NCBI GenBank assembly: GCA_031256655.1
Contig: JAIRQD010000028.1
Span: 1 to 51,645, forward strand
Source: Treponema sp.
GTDB lineage: Bacteria; Spirochaetota; Spirochaetia; Treponematales; Breznakiellaceae
Reading direction: 5' to 3'
Length of the DNA stretch: 51,645 bases
This document shows, piece by piece, positions 19,238 through 27,338 of this stretch. Below the pieces are notes generated by a model, which was not told the origin of the DNA, searched no databases, and saw only the letters and a program-made list of their open reading frames with translations. A program made the position numbers and the translations under genes. How positions within the stretch are numbered: position 1 is the stretch's first letter; the number at the start of each line of letters is the position of its first letter.

Positions 19238-20068
19238 CTAAAGTTTGCCGTCAAGCCACATCCCAATAAGATACCTGGAAAGAGAACCGTGTCCTGGAAG
19301 CTCAGGCAGTTTGTCCCTGGAAAACCACTGGGCGTCAGCTATTTCTGTGCCATCAGGTTTGATTTCGCCTTTAAGGTAGCGGGCAGAAAAACCAAGCATA
19401 AGCGAGTTGGGAAAAGGCCACGGTTGTGAGCAAATGTAACGTATGTCGCACACTTCAATGTTCACTTCTTCCATTACTTCCCTCATTATGGTTCTTTCTA
19501 CACTTTCCCCCGGCTCGTTAAAGCCCGCAATAAGCGCGTATATTTTTGACGGGAAGCCTGCGTTATGCGCAAGCAAGGCTTCTCCCTTGTCATTTGTGAT
19601 GATGACCATAATCGCCGGGCTTATGCGCGGGAACTCCTGCCTTCCGCAAGAAGAACACTCCAGTGCCAAAGGTTCTTTTTCGCAGGTTTTGTTGCGCCCG
19701 CCGCACCTGCTGCAAAAACGGGATTCTTCGCGCGACTGGGCGATGTGAAACGCACGCAAAAGCCTGCCTATTGCACCTGAACCAATAGGCATTTTTGCCT
19801 CGCTTGCGATGTTAAGCAGATACCGAACCGGCACAGCTTTCCAGCCTTGAGGAAGCTCACCTTTTGGCAGCCTCACATAACGTATAATTTTGCCTGCTGT
19901 TTCTTCTGCTTCAGGAACGGTAAATCGTATCGCTTCATCGTTGCCAAATGCCGAAGTTATTAACTGCTCGCTTATCTCTTTATGTATCTGTGTATCAGGT
20001 GAATTTTCAGGAACAACAATCGCCAAGTCCTGAAAAACATAAGCCTGCATCATTTCTTTACCTGTCAA
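19238..20068 (-). CDS. nudC: NAD(+) diphosphatase (NADH pyrophosphatase)
   Basis: Zinc ribbon CSRCGG...CSSCG, Nudix box GFNEPGESVERTIMREVMEEV, and the NudC signature SQPWPFPNS. Confidence 0.9.
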   Translation of the reverse strand: MTGKEMMQAYVFQDLAIVVPENSPDTQIHKEISEQLITSAFGNDEAIRFTVPEAEETAGKIIRYVRLPKGELPQGWKAVPVRYLLNIASEAKMPIGSGAIGRLLRAFHIAQSREESRFCSRCGGRNKTCEKEPLALECSSCGRQEFPRISPAIMVIITNDKGEALLAHNAGFPSKIYALIAGFNEPGESVERTIMREVMEEVNIEVCDIRYICSQPWPFPNSLMLGFSARYLKGEIKPDGTEIADAQWFSRDKLPELPGHGSLSRYLIGMWLDGKL

Positions 20069-20140
20069 AAAATCCTCCGGCTTTTCTCGCCAGTTTCATT
20101 GTATCGAATTGTAAGCTGAAAAATCAATAGAAAAACTTTG

Positions 20141-20169
20141 TTGCAAAACAGAAATAAAGAAGGTATAGT
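20141..20169 (+). promoter_or_regulatory. Candidate sigma-70 promoter
   Basis: TTGCAA-17-TATAGT, about 30 nt upstream of the TAGGAG RBS and the ATG at 20200. Confidence 0.5.
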
Positions 20170-20199
20170 TATAACATACAACTAATATAGGAGCGCGCA

Positions 20200-20577
20200 A
20201 TGGAAATAAAAGGAATTCCGATAACTCAAACGTATCTTGAGTCCTTACCCATCAACAAGATCACCAAATACTCAAGCGGTCATCAGAAAAGCGCAGTTCC
20301 ATTTGTAGGGTACCCCAAACAGCACCCAACTGAAAAAAGTAAAATAATCCTGATTTATGAGCCTTTGGGAGACAATCCTGCGGTTTTGGAGTTCAAACTA
20401 GACGATATAACGCGCATTGAAGAGGTAAGCCAAGCTGTCACAGAACAGGGCGAAGGGATTCCCATGATCAAGCTCTGGGTGCGCCGAGGTGCCCACGGGA
20501 TGTTTTTGGAGCCTTTTGAAGTGAGTGAACCTGCCCGCTTTCAGGAAGCGTTCGCTTCAAGAAAGCGGTCGCTTTAA
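20200..20577 (+). CDS. Hypothetical protein (125 aa)
   Basis: Good promoter and RBS. I do not recognise any family. Confidence 0.6.
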   Translation: MEIKGIPITQTYLESLPINKITKYSSGHQKSAVPFVGYPKQHPTEKSKIILIYEPLGDNPAVLEFKLDDITRIEEVSQAVTEQGEGIPMIKLWVRRGAHGMFLEPFEVSEPARFQEAFASRKRSL

Positions 20578-20625
20578 CAAAGCGGTCGCTCTGGCAACCG
20601 CCTTTTAACGTGCGTTTGTCAATCG

Positions 20626-20784
20626 TCAGTCTTTCATCTGATCGAGTATATCGTCTGACGTGGTTTGGGGGCTTAAATCTTCCCAGCTGGTTTTATTTTC
20701 CACGGCCTCCTGGAAAGTGCTGAAACTCTTAATGCTTTTTCCATCTATGCGCCGCCATAATCCGCCAATAAATCTTATTGTCAT
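20626..20784 (-). CDS. Hypothetical small protein (52 aa)
   Basis: AAGGAG lies 7 nt upstream of the internal ATG at 20784 (MTIRFIGGLWRR...). No family recognised. Confidence 0.4.
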   Translation of the reverse strand: MTIRFIGGLWRRIDGKSIKSFSTFQEAVENKTSWEDLSPQTTSDDILDQMKD

Positions 20785-20901
20785 AATTTTTCTCCTTAGG
20801 GGATCACTTAACAAAGAGCAAAATTAATCAGCGATTCCCCAGCTTTAAGACTAATTGATGATGTGAAAAAAATCCAGCAAAAACCGCCGAATTTTGGGCT
20901 A

Positions 20902-22245
20902 TTATCCATGTTTTCCAATATCAGTTAGATTACGGTCAGAGTCAAAAATAAGCTCACGCGGCTCTTCCAAAACGCTCATATTTGGGTTCATTTTTGCCTC
21001 ATCCACAAGCGCCTGCGAAATCATAATTTCCTCAATATGGGAGGTGTTTTTTATCCGCACAATTTTCGGCTTTGATTTATCGATGTTGGTGCATACAAAA
21101 ATGGCTGCTTTAATTGCCTGCTCATCGTTTTTAACGATAACCGGAATGCGAACGCCTAATACGACAGTTGAGGTAAATCCGTTGGGATAAGTGGCATCAA
21201 AGTCGATTTTATCAAAGGCGCGTTTTGTTGAAAAATCGGCCATTCCAATGCCTATTGCATTGCCGTGAGTTTCTTCGGATATGTCAAGGATAACATAACG
21301 CTGCCAATGCGGACCGCCGCTTGCGAACGGCGTGCAGTAAGAGCCGCTGATGTTTGGATCAGCGCCGTCCCCGGAAAAGTTTTTGCCGATTTGGTCGATG
21401 ATGAGGATGTCAAACTCAGGAATATAAATGCGCGGCATCCAATCCTTGGCTTTTTGCAGAAGGAGAGCTTCCCGCTTTTTAAAATCCGCGGAAAGAACTG
21501 ATTCCACTAAACATGTGTTATCAAAAGCGTTTTCCACAATGGCAATGCCGAAAAGGACATTCGCTTTTGCCATAACGACATCAGCATACATTTCTATGTT
21601 ATACGCCATTCTGCCAAATCCTTCATCGTGGCAGCTTTCAGCGCCTTTTTGCTTTCCCATACCAATGGCAAGCATTTTCAAAAGCCCGCTTTCATACGTT
21701 CCCCTAAAAGCGGTGTGGGGTTTTACGCGCGCCACTACAACAATGCCGTCCGCCTCAAACGCGTGCCGGTCAATGTACACAGGCTTTCCTTCAGGGCTTT
21801 CCCCGATAACGACGGTTTCCATATTTGATTTTATGGGGCAGCCGACGGCATCTTCGGTAATACCAAGGCTCTCCAGTATTTGAAGCTGCCCTTCTGCTGT
21901 TGCCCCGCCGTGGCTGCCCATAGCCGGAAACATAAACGGCTTTGCCTTAAGTTTTTTCAACTGCACAACGGTTTCTTTCAGTATTTCGGCTATGTTGGCA
22001 ATGCCGCGGCTTCCGGCAGTTACGGCAATGCTCATGCCGGGTTTTATTGTGCGCGCGATTTCAGGCTTTTCAAACTCTTTTGCAACAGCAGACGAAATTT
22101 CGCTGATTGTCGAATCCTCAAAAATTTGCCGGACGCGCGCCATTTTGGGAACTTTCACCGATTCTAAAATGCTTTCAATAACTCCGTGGCGATCCCACTG
22201 GCTGTCCCGGAAATTTTTGTTCACAAGATCATTTTTGCCGTTCAT
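20902..22245 (-). CDS. LarA-like / DUF2088 lactate-racemase-domain protein
   Basis: VTAGSRGIANI...FPAMGSHGGATAEGQLQILESLGITE resembles proteins I recall annotated as lactate racemase domain-containing. This is recollection only. Confidence 0.5.
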   Translation of the reverse strand: MNGKNDLVNKNFRDSQWDRHGVIESILESVKVPKMARVRQIFEDSTISEISSAVAKEFEKPEIARTIKPGMSIAVTAGSRGIANIAEILKETVVQLKKLKAKPFMFPAMGSHGGATAEGQLQILESLGITEDAVGCPIKSNMETVVIGESPEGKPVYIDRHAFEADGIVVVARVKPHTAFRGTYESGLLKMLAIGMGKQKGAESCHDEGFGRMAYNIEMYADVVMAKANVLFGIAIVENAFDNTCLVESVLSADFKKREALLLQKAKDWMPRIYIPEFDILIIDQIGKNFSGDGADPNISGSYCTPFASGGPHWQRYVILDISEETHGNAIGIGMADFSTKRAFDKIDFDATYPNGFTSTVVLGVRIPVIVKNDEQAIKAAIFVCTNIDKSKPKIVRIKNTSHIEEIMISQALVDEAKMNPNMSVLEEPRELIFDSDRNLTDIGKHG

Positions 22246-22338
22246 TCCAGCTTTGTCAACAAGCGAAATTGCCGCCCCTCAACTTTAGCATCATAGCCGT
22301 ACCTAATAAGCGACGCACTAGTTATTGAAAAATAATAT

Positions 22339-22384
22339 TTCCAAAAAAATGACAGCCGCCATATAATTACGCAGGCTTAAGCCT
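22339..22384 (+). promoter_or_regulatory. Candidate promoter plus a 12 bp palindrome at the predicted +1
   Basis: TTCCAA-17-TATAAT (22339..22367), followed by the perfect palindrome AGGCTTAAGCCT (22373..22384). Confidence 0.4.
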
Positions 22385-22418
22385 AATTAAATCAGGGTGT
22401 TAAACAGGAGAAATTAAA

Positions 22419-23540
22419 ATGAGTATTTATGCTGATGCAAAAAAATTCGCGGAAGAATTCATCGTTCCCTACAGCAAGGAATCCGATGAAAAAGCTCAAT
22501 TTCCAAAAGAGTCTTTTAAGAAAATGGGGGAACACGGCTATTTTAAGCTGTTGATTCCTGTGGAACGGGGCGGACAAGGAAAAAACATACGAGATCATCT
22601 GGACATCTGCATGGCGTTTGCCGAAAGCTGCCCTTCGGTGGGTTTGTGTTATATGATGCACAATGTGGCGCTTAGCAATGTTTTAGCCTATGGCAAACTC
22701 GCTTTAGTGGATAAAGTGGTCAAAGATGTCATTGAAAATAACAAGGTATTGGCGCTTGCCAATAGCGAATTTGGAACCGGAACCCATTTTTACAAATCAG
22801 AAGTAACCGTGAAGCAAGATGGCGATAAAACAACTTTTAACGGTACAAAAAGCATGGTCACTACGGCGGAGTACGCGTCCTATTATGCGACCCTTACCCC
22901 CAGTCCGGCCGGAGGACTTAACAACTGGCTTTTTCCGTTGGATACCCCTGGTTTGAGTTTCCAGATGGGCAAATGGGATGGCCTGGGTATGCGGGGCAAT
23001 GTTTCTTGCCCGATGAAACTGGAAAATGCCACGCTTGATTCATCCTACCAATTGGGCGATGAGGATTCAGGCATGGAGCAAACATTTAAAGTTGTTGCTC
23101 CTCTGTTCGTCCTCGGTCTGGCCGGGGTTTATACAGGTATTTGTCTGGAGCAATTCAGGGTTGCTAAAGACTACTCTATAAGCCGAGTCTATCCGGACGG
23201 GAAAGCGCTCAGCCATATCGAAACCGTGCAAATTCACTTGGGCAATATATACAATAGAGCGTTTGCTTCCCAAGCGATGGCGAGAGAAGCCGCAAGGGCA
23301 GCGTTAGACGGCGAGCCTGATGTCCTTGAAAAAATTCTTTCAGCCCGCATTTTTGCCTCCGAATCCGCTATTGAGTGCAGCCGTCTGGCGATGCGTATAG
23401 GCGGGGGCAAAGCCTACAACAGGCATACGTCCATTGAACGTTTTCTTAGGGACGCTTATGCCGGACAGATTATGGCACCGAGCGTTGATGTGCTTGCCAT
23501 CTGGCTTGGTAAGACCGTTACCGGGCTGCCTCTTATTTGA
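22419..23540 (+). CDS. Acyl-CoA dehydrogenase-fold flavoprotein (atypical)
   Basis: Overall ACAD pattern. The C-terminus reads IERFLRDAYAGQIMAPSVDV where MCAD-type enzymes have RDAKIYQIYEGT. CAGGAG RBS. Confidence 0.7.
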   Translation: MSIYADAKKFAEEFIVPYSKESDEKAQFPKESFKKMGEHGYFKLLIPVERGGQGKNIRDHLDICMAFAESCPSVGLCYMMHNVALSNVLAYGKLALVDKVVKDVIENNKVLALANSEFGTGTHFYKSEVTVKQDGDKTTFNGTKSMVTTAEYASYYATLTPSPAGGLNNWLFPLDTPGLSFQMGKWDGLGMRGNVSCPMKLENATLDSSYQLGDEDSGMEQTFKVVAPLFVLGLAGVYTGICLEQFRVAKDYSISRVYPDGKALSHIETVQIHLGNIYNRAFASQAMAREAARAALDGEPDVLEKILSARIFASESAIECSRLAMRIGGGKAYNRHTSIERFLRDAYAGQIMAPSVDVLAIWLGKTVTGLPLI

Positions 23541-23555
23541 TCCGGAGGAACAGCT

Positions 23556-24371
23556 ATGAATGACGTTATTCGTATTGGGGCCGTTATTTATGATCCCAAA
23601 GTTACCATCATATGGGGCATTATCGGCGATTTTTTCAAAGCTCACGGTCTGCCTGTGGAGTGTGTTTTTTACGCCGATTATACCAAACAAGTGGACGGGC
23701 TTTTAAACAACGAGATTGATATTGCGTGGAACTCTCCACTTGCGTGGCTGGACTCCTACCTGCGCACCGACGGGAAATGCTTGCATGGCTCCATGCGGGA
23801 TACAGATCAGGATCGTAAAACCTGCCTCATCGTCCGCGCTGATTCGGGCATAAAAACCGTATCAGATTTAAAGGGGAAAACTATAGGCTTTGGAGCGCTG
23901 GATTCCCCACAGGCACGGCTCATTCCTGTCAATTATCTGCACAAAAATGGTTTAGATCTCGGCAAGGACTACACCGAGCGGCGCTTTGATGTTGGCATTG
24001 GGCTGCATGGCGACCATGTTGGGGGCGAGCTTGATGCCGCCAAAGCTTTAGCCGCAGGCGATCTGGATGCATCCTTTGTCCTCGACCTCAACTGGGAGGC
24101 TTGGCAAAAGGACGGAACCATAGACAAAAACCAGGTTTTATGTATCGGAACCACAGCTCCATTCGATCACTGCATATTCGTTGCCAGACCTGATTTTGAC
24201 CAGGGCAGGTTTGACGGATGGCTTGAAATCCTGAACCGCATGGATTACGGCAACCCAGAGCATAAAAAGATGATGGATATGGAGGGCTTAAAAAAATGGG
24301 TGCCAGGGCGGCTAAGCGGATTTGCAGAAATCCAGGAAGCGAACAGCTATCTGAACTTTTTTGCCCAATAA
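23556..24371 (+). CDS. PhnD-like (phosphonate/phosphite-binding fold) protein without a signal peptide
   Basis: IDIAWNSPLAWL and KGKTIGFGALDSPQARLIP are typical of PhnD-family SBPs. The N-terminus MNDVIRIGAVIYDPK is not hydrophobic. Confidence 0.6.
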   Translation: MNDVIRIGAVIYDPKVTIIWGIIGDFFKAHGLPVECVFYADYTKQVDGLLNNEIDIAWNSPLAWLDSYLRTDGKCLHGSMRDTDQDRKTCLIVRADSGIKTVSDLKGKTIGFGALDSPQARLIPVNYLHKNGLDLGKDYTERRFDVGIGLHGDHVGGELDAAKALAAGDLDASFVLDLNWEAWQKDGTIDKNQVLCIGTTAPFDHCIFVARPDFDQGRFDGWLEILNRMDYGNPEHKKMMDMEGLKKWVPGRLSGFAEIQEANSYLNFFAQ

Positions 24372-24443
24372 CAAACAGTACCGTGGGGCTACCATACAGA
24401 CACCGCTGTGTGGCAGCCCCCTATGTCCCAAGGAGGCTTTTAT

Positions 24444-24898
24444 ATGCTAAAACTATTGCCGTTATTCCCTACCGCCCTTCTGGGCAGCCTTCCTCGCAGC
24501 GAAAAACTTCTCGTTGCGCATCGCCGCCTGAACAGCGGGAAGACAACGCTTGAGGAATTTGACAACATGGTATATGCCGAAACCGAACAATGTGTGCGCC
24601 TCCAGGAAATGGCGGGCATAGACATCATTACTTCAGGCGAACTGGGCCGGGACAATTACGTGTCCTTCGTATCCGAAAAGCTTGGCGGCGTGCGCATGAT
24701 GAATATGAGCGAAATGCTTGAGTACATCGACGACAAAAAAGCTTTTGAACAGATTCTTACCACATTGGACGTTCCGGGAGTGAGCATCAAAAACGCCATC
24801 TGCGATGGCAAGCTTGAATACAGAGGTGACATCGTTCTTGGCGAGCTTACAATGCTTAAGCGTTTAACTGACCGCCCGGTTAAGATAACGCTGCCGGG
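24444..24898 (+). pseudogene. Catalytic-domain-only MetE-like methyltransferase, 3'-truncated at the IS junction
   Basis: PTALLGSLPRSEKLL and ITSGELGRDNYVSFVSEKLGG match the Meth_synt_2 family. Homology stops after KITLPG. GGAGG RBS precedes the ATG at 24444. Confidence 0.7.
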
Positions 24899-25787
24899 TA
24901 AGCGCAAGGAAGCGCCGCCGCCGCGAAGTCCGGTTATCCGTTTTCCCGCTGTTGCGAAGCCAGTCAAACCGCGTCCGCACAAAAGGGTTCTCTCCTTTGC
25001 GGTAACGGGCAGACTCCCTCCTTCGCACCGTGTCCAGCGCACGGTTAAATAGCTGTGCCACATGAAAGCGGTCAAAACAGATCAGAGAGTCCGCCCGCGG
25101 GAAAAAGTCCCTGATTGCCTTGATGTACGGCGGTGCCATGTCCAGTGCTATGCTCTGCAATTTTGAAAAATCGGAAAACTGCTGATTTTGGAAAAAGCGG
25201 ACGACCGTATCGGCATCCCTCTCTGGCAGCACCGCCAGCACAGTCCCCCGGTCAGCGTCCGTTACAATCGTCGAATAATTATGCCGCTTTTGAAAACTGG
25301 TCTCGTCTATTGCAATATTCTTGACCGAACGCCCGTGTCGCTTCTTCATGCGGTCTAGCCCCCGCTTTATGGCGCGTCTTTTCATCCTGTCAACCACATG
25401 CCAGTGAAGCTTTAGGTCTTTTGCAACCTTCTGCACCGAAGAGCTGAAGCACAACTGAAGTATCCTTTTTTCAAAGGCTTTGGTAAAACGCGAATTGGCT
25501 GCGGCAAACGGCGGGATAATAGCCTTCACGCCGCAAGATAAGCACTTCACCCTCGGGTACTCCACGTTCAGCATGGTTTTATATTCGCAAGTGTCTGAGT
25601 GCTGGACGACACGCTCCCTCTTGTCATGAGGAGCGGCATCCTTGCTACAGTTGGGACACTTGTAATGCCCGCTTGCAAAAACAACCTGTACATAAACCGT
25701 TTCGTTTGCGTCACTGCGCTCAACGTTTTTGACCGTCCAGCCCTCAGTTAAGCCTAATATCCCCTCGTAAAATTTTCCCGTTTCCAT
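24864..25787 (-). pseudogene. ISL3 family transposase, C-terminally truncated
   Basis: Zinc finger CPNCS...CLSCG, and DDE region IAIDETSF...ALDMAPPYIKAI...FDRFHV. Only 307 aa against the ~400+ expected. The last ~12 codons read into MetE-like antisense sequence. Confidence 0.75.
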
Positions 25788-25908
25788 GTTTAATCTCCTT
25801 CAAGCAGTTTAGACTTTTTTACTTGGGTGGAGTAACAAAGCAACCGGGCATGGCAAGCTTACAGTTTTCCCGCGCCTGTATTTCGTCTTCTTGATAAGCA
25901 AAAGAGCC
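24899..25908 (-). mobile_element. ISL3-family insertion sequence, truncated (one end only, ~1.0 kb)
   Basis: The terminal sequence GGCTCTTTTGCTTATC (revcomp of 25893..25908) lies 121 nt upstream of the transposase ATG. The far end and about 100 codons of the transposase are missing. The left boundary is accurate to about 10 nt. Confidence 0.7.
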
Positions 25909-26066
25909 GTACCCCGAGTATCAATATGATGTTTTTTGGCTTGCTCCAAGAGGAAGGTATAGAACTCCCAGACAGTTAAATCAAAGGAGCCGTATAATTT
26001 TTCTGCTAAATATTTTTCAAATCGTTGCTTTGCGATAGCTGCTGCGGTGAGCGGCAATGGTTCCAT
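25909..26066 (-). pseudogene. 5' fragment of an unknown gene interrupted by the IS end
   Basis: GGAGG RBS plus ATG at 26066. The ORF (MEPLPLTAAAIAKQRFEKYLAEKLYGSFDLTVWEFYTFLLEQAKKHHIDTRG...) runs straight into the IS terminal repeat at 25908. Confidence 0.5.
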
Positions 26067-26125
26067 GATGACCTCCGGTCATACATTGCCTCCACCAAAA
26101 ACAGCGATGAGCCCAATTTTTTCAT

Positions 26126-26560
26126 ATGAGTTTTCGGGCGGTAAGCAGCGATTGCCGCGAAGTGAAAATTTTTACCGGCAAACGTATGTTTTCCACGGAC
26201 GCACAGATGAGTTTTGACTCAGAATATTCAGGCATTTCCAGCGTCGAATATTTTCTGGGGAACCTGGCTGGCAGTATTCTGCTTGCGGTATTGGAATACG
26301 CAAGACACCGGAAGGTTGCAATAGAGGAGATTGAAGGCAAGCTGGATGCCAGCCTTGCCAATCCGCTCACGCTTCTCCACGTTAAAGGTTGCGACCAACC
26401 GCCGGTGTTGGGCAATATCCGCATGACCGTATATTTGTATGCGGATTTAGATAATGAGGAACTACTCCGGTTGTGCAGTGAAGCCCTTTCGCTGTCGCCG
26501 ATCTATAATACATTAATCAAGGGAACACATATTGATGTGACATTTAAGCCCCTCACTTAA
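26126..26560 (+). CDS. OsmC-family protein
   Basis: ISSVEYFLGNLAGSILLAVLEYARHRKVAI fits the OsmC/Ohr helix pattern, and the size is about 140 aa. The start is uncertain because there is no clear SD. Confidence 0.5.
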   Translation: MSFRAVSSDCREVKIFTGKRMFSTDAQMSFDSEYSGISSVEYFLGNLAGSILLAVLEYARHRKVAIEEIEGKLDASLANPLTLLHVKGCDQPPVLGNIRMTVYLYADLDNEELLRLCSEALSLSPIYNTLIKGTHIDVTFKPLT

Positions 26561-26636
26561 AAACCCCTTTTTGAAAGTGTTCCAAATTTTTACATTTTCT
26601 CTTGATTATTAAAAAAGTTAGCATAAAACTTAACGT

Positions 26637-27338
26637 ATGGTAAAAAAAACATTTAAAAAATACCTGTTCATATCTGCCCTTTTGTTTCTTTTTTTCCCCG
26701 CCAACAATCACGCGTTTCAAGTGAGCATTGGCGTTGAAGGCGGCGTGGCGCTTAACAGTCTAAACACTCCCACCGATTCCCGCCAGTACACAGAATACAA
26801 AGCCAGAGCAGGAGTAATGGTGGGAATTCCTGTGCGCTTTCATTTTACTGACTTCTTTGCTTTGGGAACCGGAGTTCGTTACACCCAAAAAAATCACCGT
26901 TGGGAGCGTGGTTTAATGCCTGATTTTGACATATACAGCAATTCAACAAACGGCTTTTTGCAGGTTCCGGTTTTTGCAAGTTTTGCTTTTGCCCCATTTC
27001 AGGGAAGGAGCGGTGTGACTTTTTTCTTTGATGCGGGGGCGACAGTTGGTTTTTGGCTTCACAGCAGCAGGCGGGGTGTTTTAATGGACGTAAATCTTCT
27101 CCCCCAGAGTTTTAACGAGCGGTTGAGATTTGACAATACAAGGGACAACCGCTTTGACGCTTCATTGTACGGCGGACTTGGAGTCAAATACGTCATGGAA
27201 AGGATTTCTCCTTTTATAAGCGTCCAGTATCACCGCGGTTTAACCGATATGCAGCGAAATTATATGCGCGACCAAGTTCCCCGTTACAACAACACGATCA
27301 TTGTTCAGGCGGGCTTCTTTTTCAGAGGTTCCAGATGA
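26637..27338 (+). CDS. Outer-membrane beta-barrel protein
   Basis: Signal peptide, alternating aromatic/hydrophobic beta-strand pattern, and a C-terminal ...VQAGFFF. Confidence 0.6.
   Translation: MVKKTFKKYLFISALLFLFFPANNHAFQVSIGVEGGVALNSLNTPTDSRQYTEYKARAGVMVGIPVRFHFTDFFALGTGVRYTQKNHRWERGLMPDFDIYSNSTNGFLQVPVFASFAFAPFQGRSGVTFFFDAGATVGFWLHSSRRGVLMDVNLLPQSFNERLRFDNTRDNRFDASLYGGLGVKYVMERISPFISVQYHRGLTDMQRNYMRDQVPRYNNTIIVQAGFFFRGSR

Noticed and set aside
21428-21883. 151-aa plus-strand ORF
   Set aside because: It is antisense to the LarA-like gene and has no RBS.
24656-25075. 139-aa minus-strand ORF that might continue the transposase after a frameshift
   Set aside because: Its sequence is antisense MetE-like and junction DNA with no ISL3 similarity. 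The transposase is truncated, not frameshifted.
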